The notes beneath the pieces are model-generated. The model was not told the DNA's origin. It saw only the letters and a list, made by a program, of their open reading frames with translations, and searched no databases. Position numbers and translations under genes: made by a program. Of a DNA stretch of 64,000 nt, positions 24,466-34,131 are shown piece after piece. Position 1 is the stretch's first letter, and each line of letters starts with the position of its first letter. The stretch comes from an uncultured Candidatus Saccharibacteria bacterium (lineage in GTDB: Bacteria; Patescibacteriota; Minisyncoccia; Phycocordibacterales; UBA918): positions 158,636-222,635 of the forward strand of contig CAYGLK010000001.1 in assembly GCA_964350985.1 (NCBI GenBank). Reading direction: 5' to 3'.

Positions 24466-27228
24466 ATGATAGAAGGAACACCACAACAGTTTTCTTCGGC
24501 AGAAGAAGAGTTGAAATATTTGCGCAATAAAGTAGCTGAGCGTGAGCGCGAGTTATTAATGCGCAATCCAGAAAGTGATCATTCTGATACCGAAACTATT
24601 GCCAGACAAGAGATCAGAGAATATTCCAGCTTTACTCCTAAGATGATTTTGGATCAAGAACACGCTTTAGATGAGCCGACTCTAGCCGCGTCAGTAGAAC
24701 AAATAGGAATCTCACATGATCCGGCTCAGGATATTATTGATTTGGCTGGAGAAAAAGGAATTAGGAATGCGTTGTCCGTCTTAGATAAAGTTGATAATCC
24801 TTATGTGATTGATGAAGTCCATCGTCGGTTAGTTGAGTTAATAAAAGGAGGAGCGCAAATACAAGATCTTAAAGAAGGAGTTGAACCTTGGCATATACTT
24901 CACATGACTCTATACGAAGTGACTTTGCCCGAAATCACTGGAGAAGGTGGTAAAGAATATCAGCTGTCTGAGCTTGTCGGTATGATGGAGCAACTTTTCG
25001 CTGGACTTAGAACTATCGGTGCAAATCAATCGGCAAATCATTTTGTGATTGAGTTGGCTGTGGCAGACAATAGTGACGATATCGTTTTTTATGTAGCCGT
25101 ACCAACCAAGTTCGTCTCACTGTTTGAAAAACAAACTCTTTCTCTTTTTCCTCATGCAGAGTTAGCAATCCAAGCCCATGACTACAATATCTTTGTCGAT
25201 CAGGGGACTACCTATGTGGCTGAAGCAAAACTCAAAAAGAATCCTATCTACCCACTTCGAACCGCGGATGGTTTTTCAGCTGATCCACTAGCAGTTATTT
25301 TAAATGCTTTCTCAAAGATTGAACGAGAAGGTGGTGGAGCAGCAGTGCAGTTTGTTATCCGTCATCCACAAAAGAAATATCGTAAGACCTACGAAGAGGT
25401 AATAAAAAATATTCAAAAAGGAATGAAAGCTAGTGAAGCGATATCTCGTAGTTCTATTGGAGGTGAGATTTTAGGATCAGTGTCAGACTTCCTGTTTAAG
25501 AAAGAGAAAAAAGATGAAGTTGATACGAGTTCAACAGATACTGACAAAATTGAAATATTCAATCGCAAAATAAAGACAGATTTAGTGGAGACAAATATTA
25601 GAATAGCTGTCTCAGCTCAGAATCCTGATCGAGCTGAACAAATTTTAACTGAGATTGAATCAACTTTTAATCAGTTTGATTTGGTAGAAGGTAATGCTTT
25701 TTCTTTTAAGCGAGCAAAGGGTAGTGCTCTAAAGCAGGCCCAGAAAGCCTTTTCTTTCCGTGAATTTAATAGGGGTGTCAATATACCTTTGTCTTTAAGT
25801 GAATTAGCGACGCTAATTCACTTCCCAAGCAATGGTATTAGTGGATCACCGCAGTTTAAACAGTCTCAGTCCAATACAGCCGCCGCACCAAACGACATGC
25901 CAACTAGCGGTACCATCTTGGGTATCAACAAACATAGAAATTCTGAGAAAGAGATTTATATGACCGAGCTTGATCGAATGCGTCACTTGTATGTCATTGG
26001 TCAAACAGGTACTGGTAAGTCAAAGTTTTTAACTAACTTGATCATTCAAGATATTCAAGCAGGAAACGGAGTTTGTATGATTGACCCTCACGGGACAGAT
26101 ATTGAAGATGTGCTGGGTGCGATACCGCCAGAGCGAGAAAAAGATGTAATTTACTTTGATCCTTCAAATCTAGACCACGTTGTTGGGTTAAACATGCTCG
26201 AGTATGACGAAAGTAAGCCAGAGCAGAAAACTTTTGTAGTCAATGAACTCTTCTCAATTTTTCAAAAACTTTATGGAGCCAATCCAGAAAGTATGGGGCC
26301 GATGTTTGAGCAGTATTTCCGTAACGCTACTTTACTCGTGATGGAAGACCCGTCTACTGGTAGTACTTTGATGGATATCTCCAGAGTAATGGTAGACGCT
26401 TCGTTTAGAAGAATGAAATTAGAAAAAGCTACTAACCCAGTAGTGGTTCAGTTTTGGAAAGAAATTGCGACTAAGGCGGGTGGGGAAGCAGCACTAGAAA
26501 ATATCGTTCCTTATATTGTGTCCAAGTTTGATGTATTTACTGCCAATGACTACATGCGTCCAATTATTGGACAGCAAAAATCCGCTTTCAACTTCAGGCA
26601 AGTAATGGATGAGCGAAAGATCTTGCTTGTAAATCTATCTAAGGGACGACTAGGAGAGATAAATGCCAATCTAATCGGAATGATTTTTGTAGGGAAGATT
26701 TTGATGGCAGCATTATCACGAGTAGATGATCCAACTAAAAGCTTTCCGCCTTTTTACTTACATATAGATGAGTTTCAAAACGTTTCTACTCCAGCTATCG
26801 CTTCGATTTTGTCTGAGGCCCGTAAGTACAAACTAAGTCTTACTGTAGCGCACCAGTTTATTGCGCAGCTAGATGAAAATATTCGTGATGCAGTTTTTGG
26901 TAACGTTGGTTCGATGGCTGCTTTCCGAGTTGGTTCGGAAGACGCTCAGTTCTTGGAGCAACAATTTTCTCCTGTCTTTGAAGCGAAGGATTTGATGAAT
27001 GTACCAAACTACAATGCCTTAGTCCGCATGTTGACAAATGGTACTCCAACCAAACCTTTCTCAATGGCCACCTTAGCTCCAATTGTATCTGACCCAGCAA
27101 GACTAGCTGAATTAATCAGACAAAGTGCTGAACGGTATGGACGACCACGAGCGGAAGTAGAAGCAGAGATTGCTGAGCGCTATGTAAAAAAGCCAATGAT
27201 GCCCCGAGACCCAAGTGCTATGATGTAG
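24466..27228 (+). CDS. HerA/FtsK-superfamily (DUF87/AAA_10, TraD/VirB4-like) P-loop NTPase with a ~500-aa N-terminal extension
   Basis: Walker A plus a HerA-like segment: LYVIGQTGTGKSKFLTNLIIQDIQAGNGVCMIDPHG. Walker B region: FYLHIDEFQNV...LTVAHQ. No TM segments. Confidence 0.6.
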   Translation: MIEGTPQQFSSAEEELKYLRNKVAERERELLMRNPESDHSDTETIARQEIREYSSFTPKMILDQEHALDEPTLAASVEQIGISHDPAQDIIDLAGEKGIRNALSVLDKVDNPYVIDEVHRRLVELIKGGAQIQDLKEGVEPWHILHMTLYEVTLPEITGEGGKEYQLSELVGMMEQLFAGLRTIGANQSANHFVIELAVADNSDDIVFYVAVPTKFVSLFEKQTLSLFPHAELAIQAHDYNIFVDQGTTYVAEAKLKKNPIYPLRTADGFSADPLAVILNAFSKIEREGGGAAVQFVIRHPQKKYRKTYEEVIKNIQKGMKASEAISRSSIGGEILGSVSDFLFKKEKKDEVDTSSTDTDKIEIFNRKIKTDLVETNIRIAVSAQNPDRAEQILTEIESTFNQFDLVEGNAFSFKRAKGSALKQAQKAFSFREFNRGVNIPLSLSELATLIHFPSNGISGSPQFKQSQSNTAAAPNDMPTSGTILGINKHRNSEKEIYMTELDRMRHLYVIGQTGTGKSKFLTNLIIQDIQAGNGVCMIDPHGTDIEDVLGAIPPEREKDVIYFDPSNLDHVVGLNMLEYDESKPEQKTFVVNELFSIFQKLYGANPESMGPMFEQYFRNATLLVMEDPSTGSTLMDISRVMVDASFRRMKLEKATNPVVVQFWKEIATKAGGEAALENIVPYIVSKFDVFTANDYMRPIIGQQKSAFNFRQVMDERKILLVNLSKGRLGEINANLIGMIFVGKILMAALSRVDDPTKSFPPFYLHIDEFQNVSTPAIASILSEARKYKLSLTVAHQFIAQLDENIRDAVFGNVGSMAAFRVGSEDAQFLEQQFSPVFEAKDLMNVPNYNALVRMLTNGTPTKPFSMATLAPIVSDPARLAELIRQSAERYGRPRAEVEAEIAERYVKKPMMPRDPSAMM

Positions 27229-27236
27229 ATAATAAT

Positions 27237-29885
27237 ATGGAGAATGAACCCAAAATAATAAATTCCAAACCAGAAAAAATAAATCGTCGTGAATTCGTAG
27301 GGGATTTGTTGATAGATTTTTCTGAGTATGACGATGACGGACCTGCTTTTCGTAGTTTTGATTCCATAAAAGGTGTCGTTGAAGCAGAGCTCGAAAATAC
27401 AGGATTAGACCCAGATAAGATAGCTGTTTTCAAAAAAGAAGTCTTAGATCGTACTGGTTACCAGGTCAGACAATTTGGCGACAAGCTTGGTTATGAAGAA
27501 TTAAGGCAACTTTATAAAAGTCTGGCTCAGAATCTAGTCCAATTAATTGAACAAAATGATGAGACTGAGAAAAAGGATGAAATTAATAATATACCAGATA
27601 ACCTACCAGGTGCAGATGAAGTAGAAATCACTTTACCTAAAAAATATGAAGTATCTCAGGAATACAAAGACTGGCGAGAGAATCTAATTAGTGCTAAGAG
27701 AGCATATTCAGAAACAGAAAGTAAATATAATCTAGCTTTACAAAAGTATTACCATAACTCTGTTATTTCTGATCTGAGAAGAATTGGCTCAGGAGTCAAG
27801 GATATATTTGGACTGAAAACAAAATTATCTCCTGAATTAGATAATCTCAAAAAAGAATTAATTTTACACAGACAGCAATATGCAGAATCCCTAAGTGCTG
27901 TTTTGCAGGCTCGTGGACTTAAAAATTTTGATTACGAAAGTGAAAAAACAAAAATACATTTTGTTGAAAAATTTATCATAAAACCAAATAAGAAGCTGTT
28001 GGAATATCAAGAGAACAATCAGTCAAAAGAAAATAGGTCAATAACAGCTAATATTTTAGAAAGGTTTGCGGGAGGTTTTAATAAAAACAAACAATTGATT
28101 CGATATGGTGCGATGACGATCGGAATCACTGCGGCAGGCGTGGCTGCTGCTGCCGTTGCTCCAACAGCAGCGGTAGGGGCTTTCATAGGAGGAGCTTCTT
28201 TTAAGGCTTCTAAAATATTCGCTTCTTTATATCTTGGAGCTGAGGTAGGTGTTAAAACTCATAACGCTATGGGTAAATTTGTCACTAAAGCAGAGAATGA
28301 GTTTGGTAATACAGAAAAGAAGATTAAGTCTGACTTCAGTCTTGATAATCTTAGTCGTGATGCAGAAATTTATGAAAAAACCAAAAAAGATATTAGAGTC
28401 GCACAAAAGCGGCAAACTGCGGCTACGGTTTTTTCTGGTGTGGCAGCTGGTGGCGCAACATATGGTTTGGGTAATGTACTTGAGTCGCAATTTTCAGGTC
28501 CAGAAGTAAGTGAGAAAATTACTTGGGAAACTGATACAGATTTCGAAGCAGAAACAAATATGATTGAGACTCAACAGACACTGCCTGGAGTCCAGGTCAC
28601 ATTAGACAACAGCTCTTTTGGTGAAAGTAACTATCTAATCTCTAGCGAAATAGGATTTAACGGTTCAGAACTACCGGAAGATGCTAAAGAACAGCTGGAT
28701 GATTTGATTAAAAAAGAAGTTACAAAAGCTCATATAGACAACCATCACTTTAATATAGATAGACTTGAAGGTGTTTTACCAGGAGAATTAGAAAGAAAGT
28801 TCGGTAAAATGGATTGGTGGCCAGAAGGTGGAGTTGTTGTTGATTTAGAGGCAAGGGAAGTAAGTAACCCGTTAGAAAATAATGCTGAAGAGACACCTCC
28901 AGTGCAAGCTGATTTACACGAGCCCGAACCAGAAACAGAACCTGAACCTGAACCTGAACCTGAAGCAGTATCTGAGCCTGAAAGTGCTGATATTCATGTA
29001 GTAGAAGAACTAGATACTTTATCTAAAATTGTAAATGATCATTTCAGGACCCAGTTAGATCAATTACCTAAAGAAGATTACAATAAAGTGCTTTATGAGT
29101 TATTGGATCGGGTAAAAGAAGACTCAGATTTGCGAGAATCTTTAGGGATGAGAAGCACTAACATAAATGAAATTTTTGTTGGTGAGGAATTAAATTTGTC
29201 TAGCTTAGATGCTGAATTTGCGGATATTATTTCTGAAGACAATCAGGTTGGAGCTCCAGAGGTTGAAACTGTTGAAAGTCCAAAAGTCGATGCAAATAAA
29301 TTTTACACCGGGGATATAGAACTTGAATCGACGGCTGCGCTCGAAGTAGATGATTCAAGGGTGTCAGATTCTGCTGAGACCATACCTTCTAGTGTAGAAA
29401 ATGAAGCAAAGTATACGCAGACAAACTATGAAGTTGAGCGATTAGTTCCACCTACCGGCAACTTTCCAATATCTGGTCAGTATTTAAATGATCCTGCATA
29501 CGTTGAATATAGGCAACAAATATTCCCAGACGAGAAATCTTTCCTTAAAGCAGTAGATCAATCTGCAAAGCTAATAGATAATTCTACCAGTGGTTTCCTG
29601 GATCGGTTTTTTGGAGAAAGTTATAAGAGTCCTTACGAAGTAATGTCATCTATGACTTTGTCTGAACTAGAAGAGCTAGAAGAAGCTCCGCGAGATCTTG
29701 CTCGAGGTTTTTGTGAGCAAAATAACCTCAAGTATGAATCTTACCGTAATTGGCAAGATCAGATTCAGCAAATGAAAGATCTTCCGCATCAGGACAGTAC
29801 GACCTTAAAAGATTTATTCTCTCGCCAGGTTGTACAAAATGCTGCGGAAAATTATGATCCTTTAAATAGAACAATAACTACATAA
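27237..29885 (+). CDS. large (882 aa) hypothetical protein with central hydrophobic segments and a highly acidic PE-rich region
   Basis: A/G-rich TM-like segments are GAMTIGITAAGVAAAAVAPTAAVGAFIGG and AATVFSGVAAGGATYGLG. The acidic tract is PEPETEPEPEPEPEAVSEPE. There is a 9-nt gap after the ATPase gene. Confidence 0.5.
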   Translation: MENEPKIINSKPEKINRREFVGDLLIDFSEYDDDGPAFRSFDSIKGVVEAELENTGLDPDKIAVFKKEVLDRTGYQVRQFGDKLGYEELRQLYKSLAQNLVQLIEQNDETEKKDEINNIPDNLPGADEVEITLPKKYEVSQEYKDWRENLISAKRAYSETESKYNLALQKYYHNSVISDLRRIGSGVKDIFGLKTKLSPELDNLKKELILHRQQYAESLSAVLQARGLKNFDYESEKTKIHFVEKFIIKPNKKLLEYQENNQSKENRSITANILERFAGGFNKNKQLIRYGAMTIGITAAGVAAAAVAPTAAVGAFIGGASFKASKIFASLYLGAEVGVKTHNAMGKFVTKAENEFGNTEKKIKSDFSLDNLSRDAEIYEKTKKDIRVAQKRQTAATVFSGVAAGGATYGLGNVLESQFSGPEVSEKITWETDTDFEAETNMIETQQTLPGVQVTLDNSSFGESNYLISSEIGFNGSELPEDAKEQLDDLIKKEVTKAHIDNHHFNIDRLEGVLPGELERKFGKMDWWPEGGVVVDLEAREVSNPLENNAEETPPVQADLHEPEPETEPEPEPEPEAVSEPESADIHVVEELDTLSKIVNDHFRTQLDQLPKEDYNKVLYELLDRVKEDSDLRESLGMRSTNINEIFVGEELNLSSLDAEFADIISEDNQVGAPEVETVESPKVDANKFYTGDIELESTAALEVDDSRVSDSAETIPSSVENEAKYTQTNYEVERLVPPTGNFPISGQYLNDPAYVEYRQQIFPDEKSFLKAVDQSAKLIDNSTSGFLDRFFGESYKSPYEVMSSMTLSELEELEEAPRDLARGFCEQNNLKYESYRNWQDQIQQMKDLPHQDSTTLKDLFSRQVVQNAAENYDPLNRTITT
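28926..28961 (+). repeat. Hexanucleotide tandem repeat, (GAACCT)x4 preceded by two degenerate units, inside the 882-aa gene (PE dipeptide repeat)
   Basis: gaaccagaaacagaacctgaacctgaacctgaacctgaa seen directly. Confidence 0.7.
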
Positions 29886-29888
29886 TGT

Positions 29889-30188
29889 ATGATAGACGAA
29901 ACTAATGACAACCTTCCGCCAATAATGCCAGATCTCTCTGAAGATGAACAAAACGCTTTCTTAGAAGAGGTTGGTACTTTGATTTTTAAAAGCACAGTGA
30001 TGCGTTATCTTTCGGTGTTATCTCCAGAGCAAGCGCAAGTTTTTGAAACTTTTGTAAAAGTGCATTCTGAGTCAGATAATTTTATTGAAGAACTGTCTAA
30101 ACAGTATCCAGAATTTAAAATACTACTAGACGAAGAGATGGAAGCGTTCAATAATGAACTTGGAGAAAATAATACACAGAAACTTTAA
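29889..30188 (+). CDS. small acidic hypothetical protein (99 aa)
   Basis: Track ORF, 3 nt after the previous gene. Confidence 0.4.
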   Translation: MIDETNDNLPPIMPDLSEDEQNAFLEEVGTLIFKSTVMRYLSVLSPEQAQVFETFVKVHSESDNFIEELSKQYPEFKILLDEEMEAFNNELGENNTQKL

Positions 30189-30225
30189 TGCTTAGCAGAG
30201 AGCGGGGTGTTATGATGTAGAAGTT

Positions 30226-31761
30226 ATGGACTCAAATAGTTCTTTAGGTTTTGATCTTAATTCTCAAAAAGGAGTTGCAGTTCTTTTGGCATCTTTACGT
30301 GCTAGTGATTTGACTGGTGCTCAAAAAAACGAGATTCGTGATTTAATTTTTTCATATACAAATGGTGGAGGAGACGTTTCAATAAAAATTGCTTTAGAAC
30401 AAAAACTACGCGCACACAATATTAAACCTGTTAGTCCAGTTGGTGGCGCTCAAACTTCAGCTGCAAAAATAGCACCTACACCGGTGTTGCCGTTTGGTAG
30501 TTCAAGGCCGTCTCCAGTCTTTAAGGTGCCCGTTTTTTCAAATGCTAATTCCAAACCATCACCAGCGCCAACTGAGCAAAAAACAGCACCAGAAATTAAA
30601 AAAGCTGAACCAGCTCCAGTAGTAGAGAAGAAAAATGAAGAAGTAAAAATACCAACTCCAACTCCAACCCCGCAGTCAAGGCCAGAACCTAAACCAGCGG
30701 CTACAAAAGTTGAGGTAAAGCCAGTAGTAAATGGCAGTAGTGTTGCTAATTCTAATGACTATATAGATAGAATTCGAGAAATAAAAAGTGCTGTTAACAG
30801 CAAGGTTGGTAATCCGGTAAATCTAGTAGATATAGACAACGAAGTTGGTCGTGAATACATGAATGCTCTACTTGAAGCGATGAAGCGTTTGAGCGGAGGA
30901 GCGTCTGGACAAATGGAGGCAGCTATGAAGAGACTAGAAACAGCTTTTTCTGCGGTTGAAAAAGCTGTAGAAGGACACAAACCAAAGGCTGACGTACCTC
31001 AAGTAGAACCAGCTCGTCCAATAACTCCAGCACCTGCACCTACCCACACTCAAGCGCCAGCGCCAAAACCAACAGCTCCAGAAGTAGATACATCACCGGT
31101 CTTGGGAAGTAATTTTGCAAGTGCTCCAAAACCTCCATCAATACCCACACCCACAGCTCCGGCTTCAAAACCACTTCCACCTCCTCCACCTCCTCCACAA
31201 ACCCAACCAAAGACAGAGCAAAAAAAAACTGATAGCGAATCAAACCCTTGGCAAGCAGCTAGAGAAACAGTTGCTGCAGCAGCAGTCGCTACACCACCTC
31301 CAGTAAAACCTGTAGCACAAGCACAAAGCCAAGCTCAAACTTATCAGGCTAAGTCTATCTTGGGGGAAGACCGTCTTGCTACACCAGCAGACCTTCCACT
31401 TAAACATGCTTCTGATACTAGTGATTCAACAGACCCTCTTTATAGTAATGAAGTAAATACTGGCCTTGATCAACTACTCTCTGACTGGAGTCTGTTTAAG
31501 AAAAGTGGGTTGTTTGGAACTGGCCCAAAAGGGAAAGACCACCCATTGTTTGTTAAGATTGCTGGACTCCAAATACCGCTACTATTAGCAGGACGCTTTG
31601 AAGGATCAACTCAAGAAATAAAACAGAGTATTACAGACTATATGAATGGTTGGCGCTATGAACAGGGAATTATCTACGAAAAAGGCGAGACTTTTGAGCG
31701 TTATCTAAGACGAGTCATTAAACTGATTCTAGATTTACAAAAAAAGCGCATACCTTCATAA
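30226..31761 (+). CDS. proline-rich hypothetical protein (511 aa) with a conserved-looking C-terminal ~130-aa domain
   Basis: PTPTPTPQSRPEPKP and PPPPPPPQTQP tracts. Last gene of the ATPase operon, immediately before the holB-like gene. Confidence 0.5.
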   Translation: MDSNSSLGFDLNSQKGVAVLLASLRASDLTGAQKNEIRDLIFSYTNGGGDVSIKIALEQKLRAHNIKPVSPVGGAQTSAAKIAPTPVLPFGSSRPSPVFKVPVFSNANSKPSPAPTEQKTAPEIKKAEPAPVVEKKNEEVKIPTPTPTPQSRPEPKPAATKVEVKPVVNGSSVANSNDYIDRIREIKSAVNSKVGNPVNLVDIDNEVGREYMNALLEAMKRLSGGASGQMEAAMKRLETAFSAVEKAVEGHKPKADVPQVEPARPITPAPAPTHTQAPAPKPTAPEVDTSPVLGSNFASAPKPPSIPTPTAPASKPLPPPPPPPQTQPKTEQKKTDSESNPWQAARETVAAAAVATPPPVKPVAQAQSQAQTYQAKSILGEDRLATPADLPLKHASDTSDSTDPLYSNEVNTGLDQLLSDWSLFKKSGLFGTGPKGKDHPLFVKIAGLQIPLLLAGRFEGSTQEIKQSITDYMNGWRYEQGIIYEKGETFERYLRRVIKLILDLQKKRIPS

Positions 31762-31765
31762 TAGG

Positions 31766-32386
31766 ATGATGTTAGATCATCATGCCTATCTATATCGACT
31801 CAAAGAAGTTGATATAACTAAAGTTACTCAAGCTGTAGAGAAATTTGAAATAAATGAAATCGAAAAGTTTGATCTAAGTAATTTTGGTATTGACGATTCA
31901 AGAGCGCTAGTAGAAACTGCTTACAAAAGACCAAATTCAGGAGAGAAAAAATTAATCATTGTCGCTTTAAAGAATATTACAGTTGAAGCACAGCAGGCTT
32001 TGCTTAAAATCCTCGAAGAGCCTCCAAAAACTGCCGTCTTTGTATTTTGTGTACCAGTAAGTTTATATCTTCTACCGACTCTTTTATCTCGTTTTTATAT
32101 AGATCAAGAGTTTGAATTTTTAGATCTAGAGAATGACCAACCTAACTTCTTAAGTTTTAAAACTCTCTCCAGAGCAGAAAGGATTACCGAAGTTACAGCC
32201 AGAATGACAGCTAAAGATACAGATTGGGTTGCTTCAATCAAGGCTGGTCTCATTAGTTACTTGTCTACTCAATCTTCCACAGACAAAGCTGATAATGGGG
32301 AAGTGTTGCTTTGGATCGCTAAGCATCTTCAGACCAGAGGCGCTTCAAATAAGCATCTTTTGGAAGAACTGGCTTTGACACTTTAA
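31766..32386 (+). CDS. holB: DNA polymerase III delta-prime-like clamp-loader subunit (degenerate, no P-loop)
   Basis: KLIIVALKNITVEAQQALLKILEEPPKTAVFVFCV matches the clamp-loader signature (NALLKtLEEPP). Confidence 0.55.
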   Translation: MMLDHHAYLYRLKEVDITKVTQAVEKFEINEIEKFDLSNFGIDDSRALVETAYKRPNSGEKKLIIVALKNITVEAQQALLKILEEPPKTAVFVFCVPVSLYLLPTLLSRFYIDQEFEFLDLENDQPNFLSFKTLSRAERITEVTARMTAKDTDWVASIKAGLISYLSTQSSTDKADNGEVLLWIAKHLQTRGASNKHLLEELALTL

Positions 32387-32446
32387 GTCAGCTGCAGAAA
32401 AATGAGAAAATGTTACACTGTATTAAATTGATAAAATAATGTTTTT

Positions 32447-32989
32447 ATGAACCCGGAAATTAAAAAAAGACTAGATGAGGTCGTGGTGTGGTTACAAAAA
32501 GAATACTTAGGAATTAGAACTGGACAAGCTAGTCCTAGCTTGCTTGATTCAGTAAAAGTTGAGACTTATGGATCTTTTTTACCAATTCAGCAAGTTGGAT
32601 CTGTTGGGATTGAGGACGCCCGAACTATCCGTGTCTCAGTATGGGACGTTAGTCAGGTAGCTGCAGTAGAGAAGGCTATTAGAGACGCTGACTTGGGTGT
32701 TTCTGTTGTCGGGGATTCTTCTGGTTTACGAGTTATTTTTCCTGAGTTAACTAGCGAGAGAAGAGTTCAGTTACTGAAGTTGGCCAAAGCGAAGTTAGAG
32801 GATAGTCGTATCTCTGTTCGAGCTGTGCGTGACGAAGAAATGAAAGAACTAGAAAGAGCTTTTAAAGCAAATGAGTTTGGTGAGGATGAAAAATTCACTC
32901 GTAAAGAACAGATTCAAAAGAATGTTGAAGAGACAAATTCAAAACTAGAAAGTCTGTTTATGAGTAAAGAACGAGAGCTTCAGCAATAG
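32447..32989 (+). CDS. frr: ribosome recycling factor
   Basis: VRDADLGVSVVGDSSGLRVIFPELTSERRVQL...RAVRDEEMKEL is the RRF pattern; size 180 aa. Confidence 0.9.
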   Translation: MNPEIKKRLDEVVVWLQKEYLGIRTGQASPSLLDSVKVETYGSFLPIQQVGSVGIEDARTIRVSVWDVSQVAAVEKAIRDADLGVSVVGDSSGLRVIFPELTSERRVQLLKLAKAKLEDSRISVRAVRDEEMKELERAFKANEFGEDEKFTRKEQIQKNVEETNSKLESLFMSKERELQQ

Positions 32990-32998
32990 GTTAGTTAT

Positions 32999-34099
32999 AT
33001 GTCAATTATTATATTTTTTCTCGTTCTCTTTGTTTTGATTTTGGTCCATGAATGGGGGCATTACATTACTGCTAAAAAAACCGGCATGCGAGTTGATGAG
33101 TTTGGTATTGGTTTTCCACCAAAACTCTTTGGTATTAAAAAAGGAGAAACTGAATACACTTTTAATGCTCTACCGATAGGTGGTTTTGTGAGAATATTTG
33201 GCGAGAATCCAGAAGCTTTACTCGATGAGGAACAGTCCGATAAAGATCGCTCTTTTGGTTCTAGACCACTTTGGGCACAAGCTGTCGTTTTAGTGGCTGG
33301 AGTTACCATGAACGTGATCTTTGCTTGGTTTCTGTTTGTCATTACTTTTATGATCGGTGTACCGACGGCTGTTGAGGAGAGCACAGCTTCAGATGAAGCT
33401 GTCTTATATGTATCTGGTGTTTTAGCTAGCAGTCCACTCTCTGGTCAAATTCCTCCTGGTTCAGAGATTGTGAGCCTCGCTAGTAGCCAAGGAGAATTAA
33501 TGGCACCAAGCCCAAGTCAATTTAGTGAGTTTATTCAAAACAGTGCTGACGAAGAAGTTGAAATTACTTACAAATCAAATGAAGTTGAGAGTACTATCAG
33601 CGTACAACCGGTATCAGGACTAATAGAAGGTGATCAAGAGAAAGCAGCTGTTGGTGTTGCCTTAGCTTATGTAGAGACGAGAAATTATTCTTTTCTTGAA
33701 TCGCTTGTAGCAGCAAGTTCAGCTACCTATAATGGACTAATAAACATTACTGTCGGTCTTGGTACACTCTTAGCTAATACTTTCATGGGAACAGCTGACT
33801 TTTCTCAAGTAGCTGGTCCAGTAGGAATTGTTGGTATGGTGGGTGATGCTGCTGCTTTTGGTTTGACAGCTCTTCTGACTTTCACGGCCATGATTTCACT
33901 TAACTTAGCGGTAATAAACTTACTTCCAATTCCAGCTCTGGATGGCGGTCGTTTAGTTTTTGTCGCTTATGAAGCTATAACTTCAAAGAAATTAAACCCA
34001 GTCTGGGTAGGGCGAATGAACTTAATTGGCTTTGTATTACTAATGGCTTTGATGATTGCAGTGACTTATAGCGACGTTCTCAGAATTATTAATTCCTAG
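32999..34099 (+). CDS. rseP: RIP metalloprotease RseP (site-2 protease, M50)
   Basis: HExxH motif in LVHEWGHYITAK; multiple TM segments; C-terminal LNLLPIPALDGG. Confidence 0.85.
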   Translation: MSIIIFFLVLFVLILVHEWGHYITAKKTGMRVDEFGIGFPPKLFGIKKGETEYTFNALPIGGFVRIFGENPEALLDEEQSDKDRSFGSRPLWAQAVVLVAGVTMNVIFAWFLFVITFMIGVPTAVEESTASDEAVLYVSGVLASSPLSGQIPPGSEIVSLASSQGELMAPSPSQFSEFIQNSADEEVEITYKSNEVESTISVQPVSGLIEGDQEKAAVGVALAYVETRNYSFLESLVAASSATYNGLINITVGLGTLLANTFMGTADFSQVAGPVGIVGMVGDAAAFGLTALLTFTAMISLNLAVINLLPIPALDGGRLVFVAYEAITSKKLNPVWVGRMNLIGFVLLMALMIAVTYSDVLRIINS

Positions 34100-34131
34100 A
34101 AGTATTATTAGATTTCTTTAACTTATTATTT

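Noticed and set aside
24285-24566. 93-aa minus-strand ORF between mreB and the ATPase gene, and similar short antisense ORFs (23626..23811, 23928..24233, 26858..27100 etc.)
   Set aside because: They are antisense to well-supported genes, low-complexity and without start context, so they are treated as noise.
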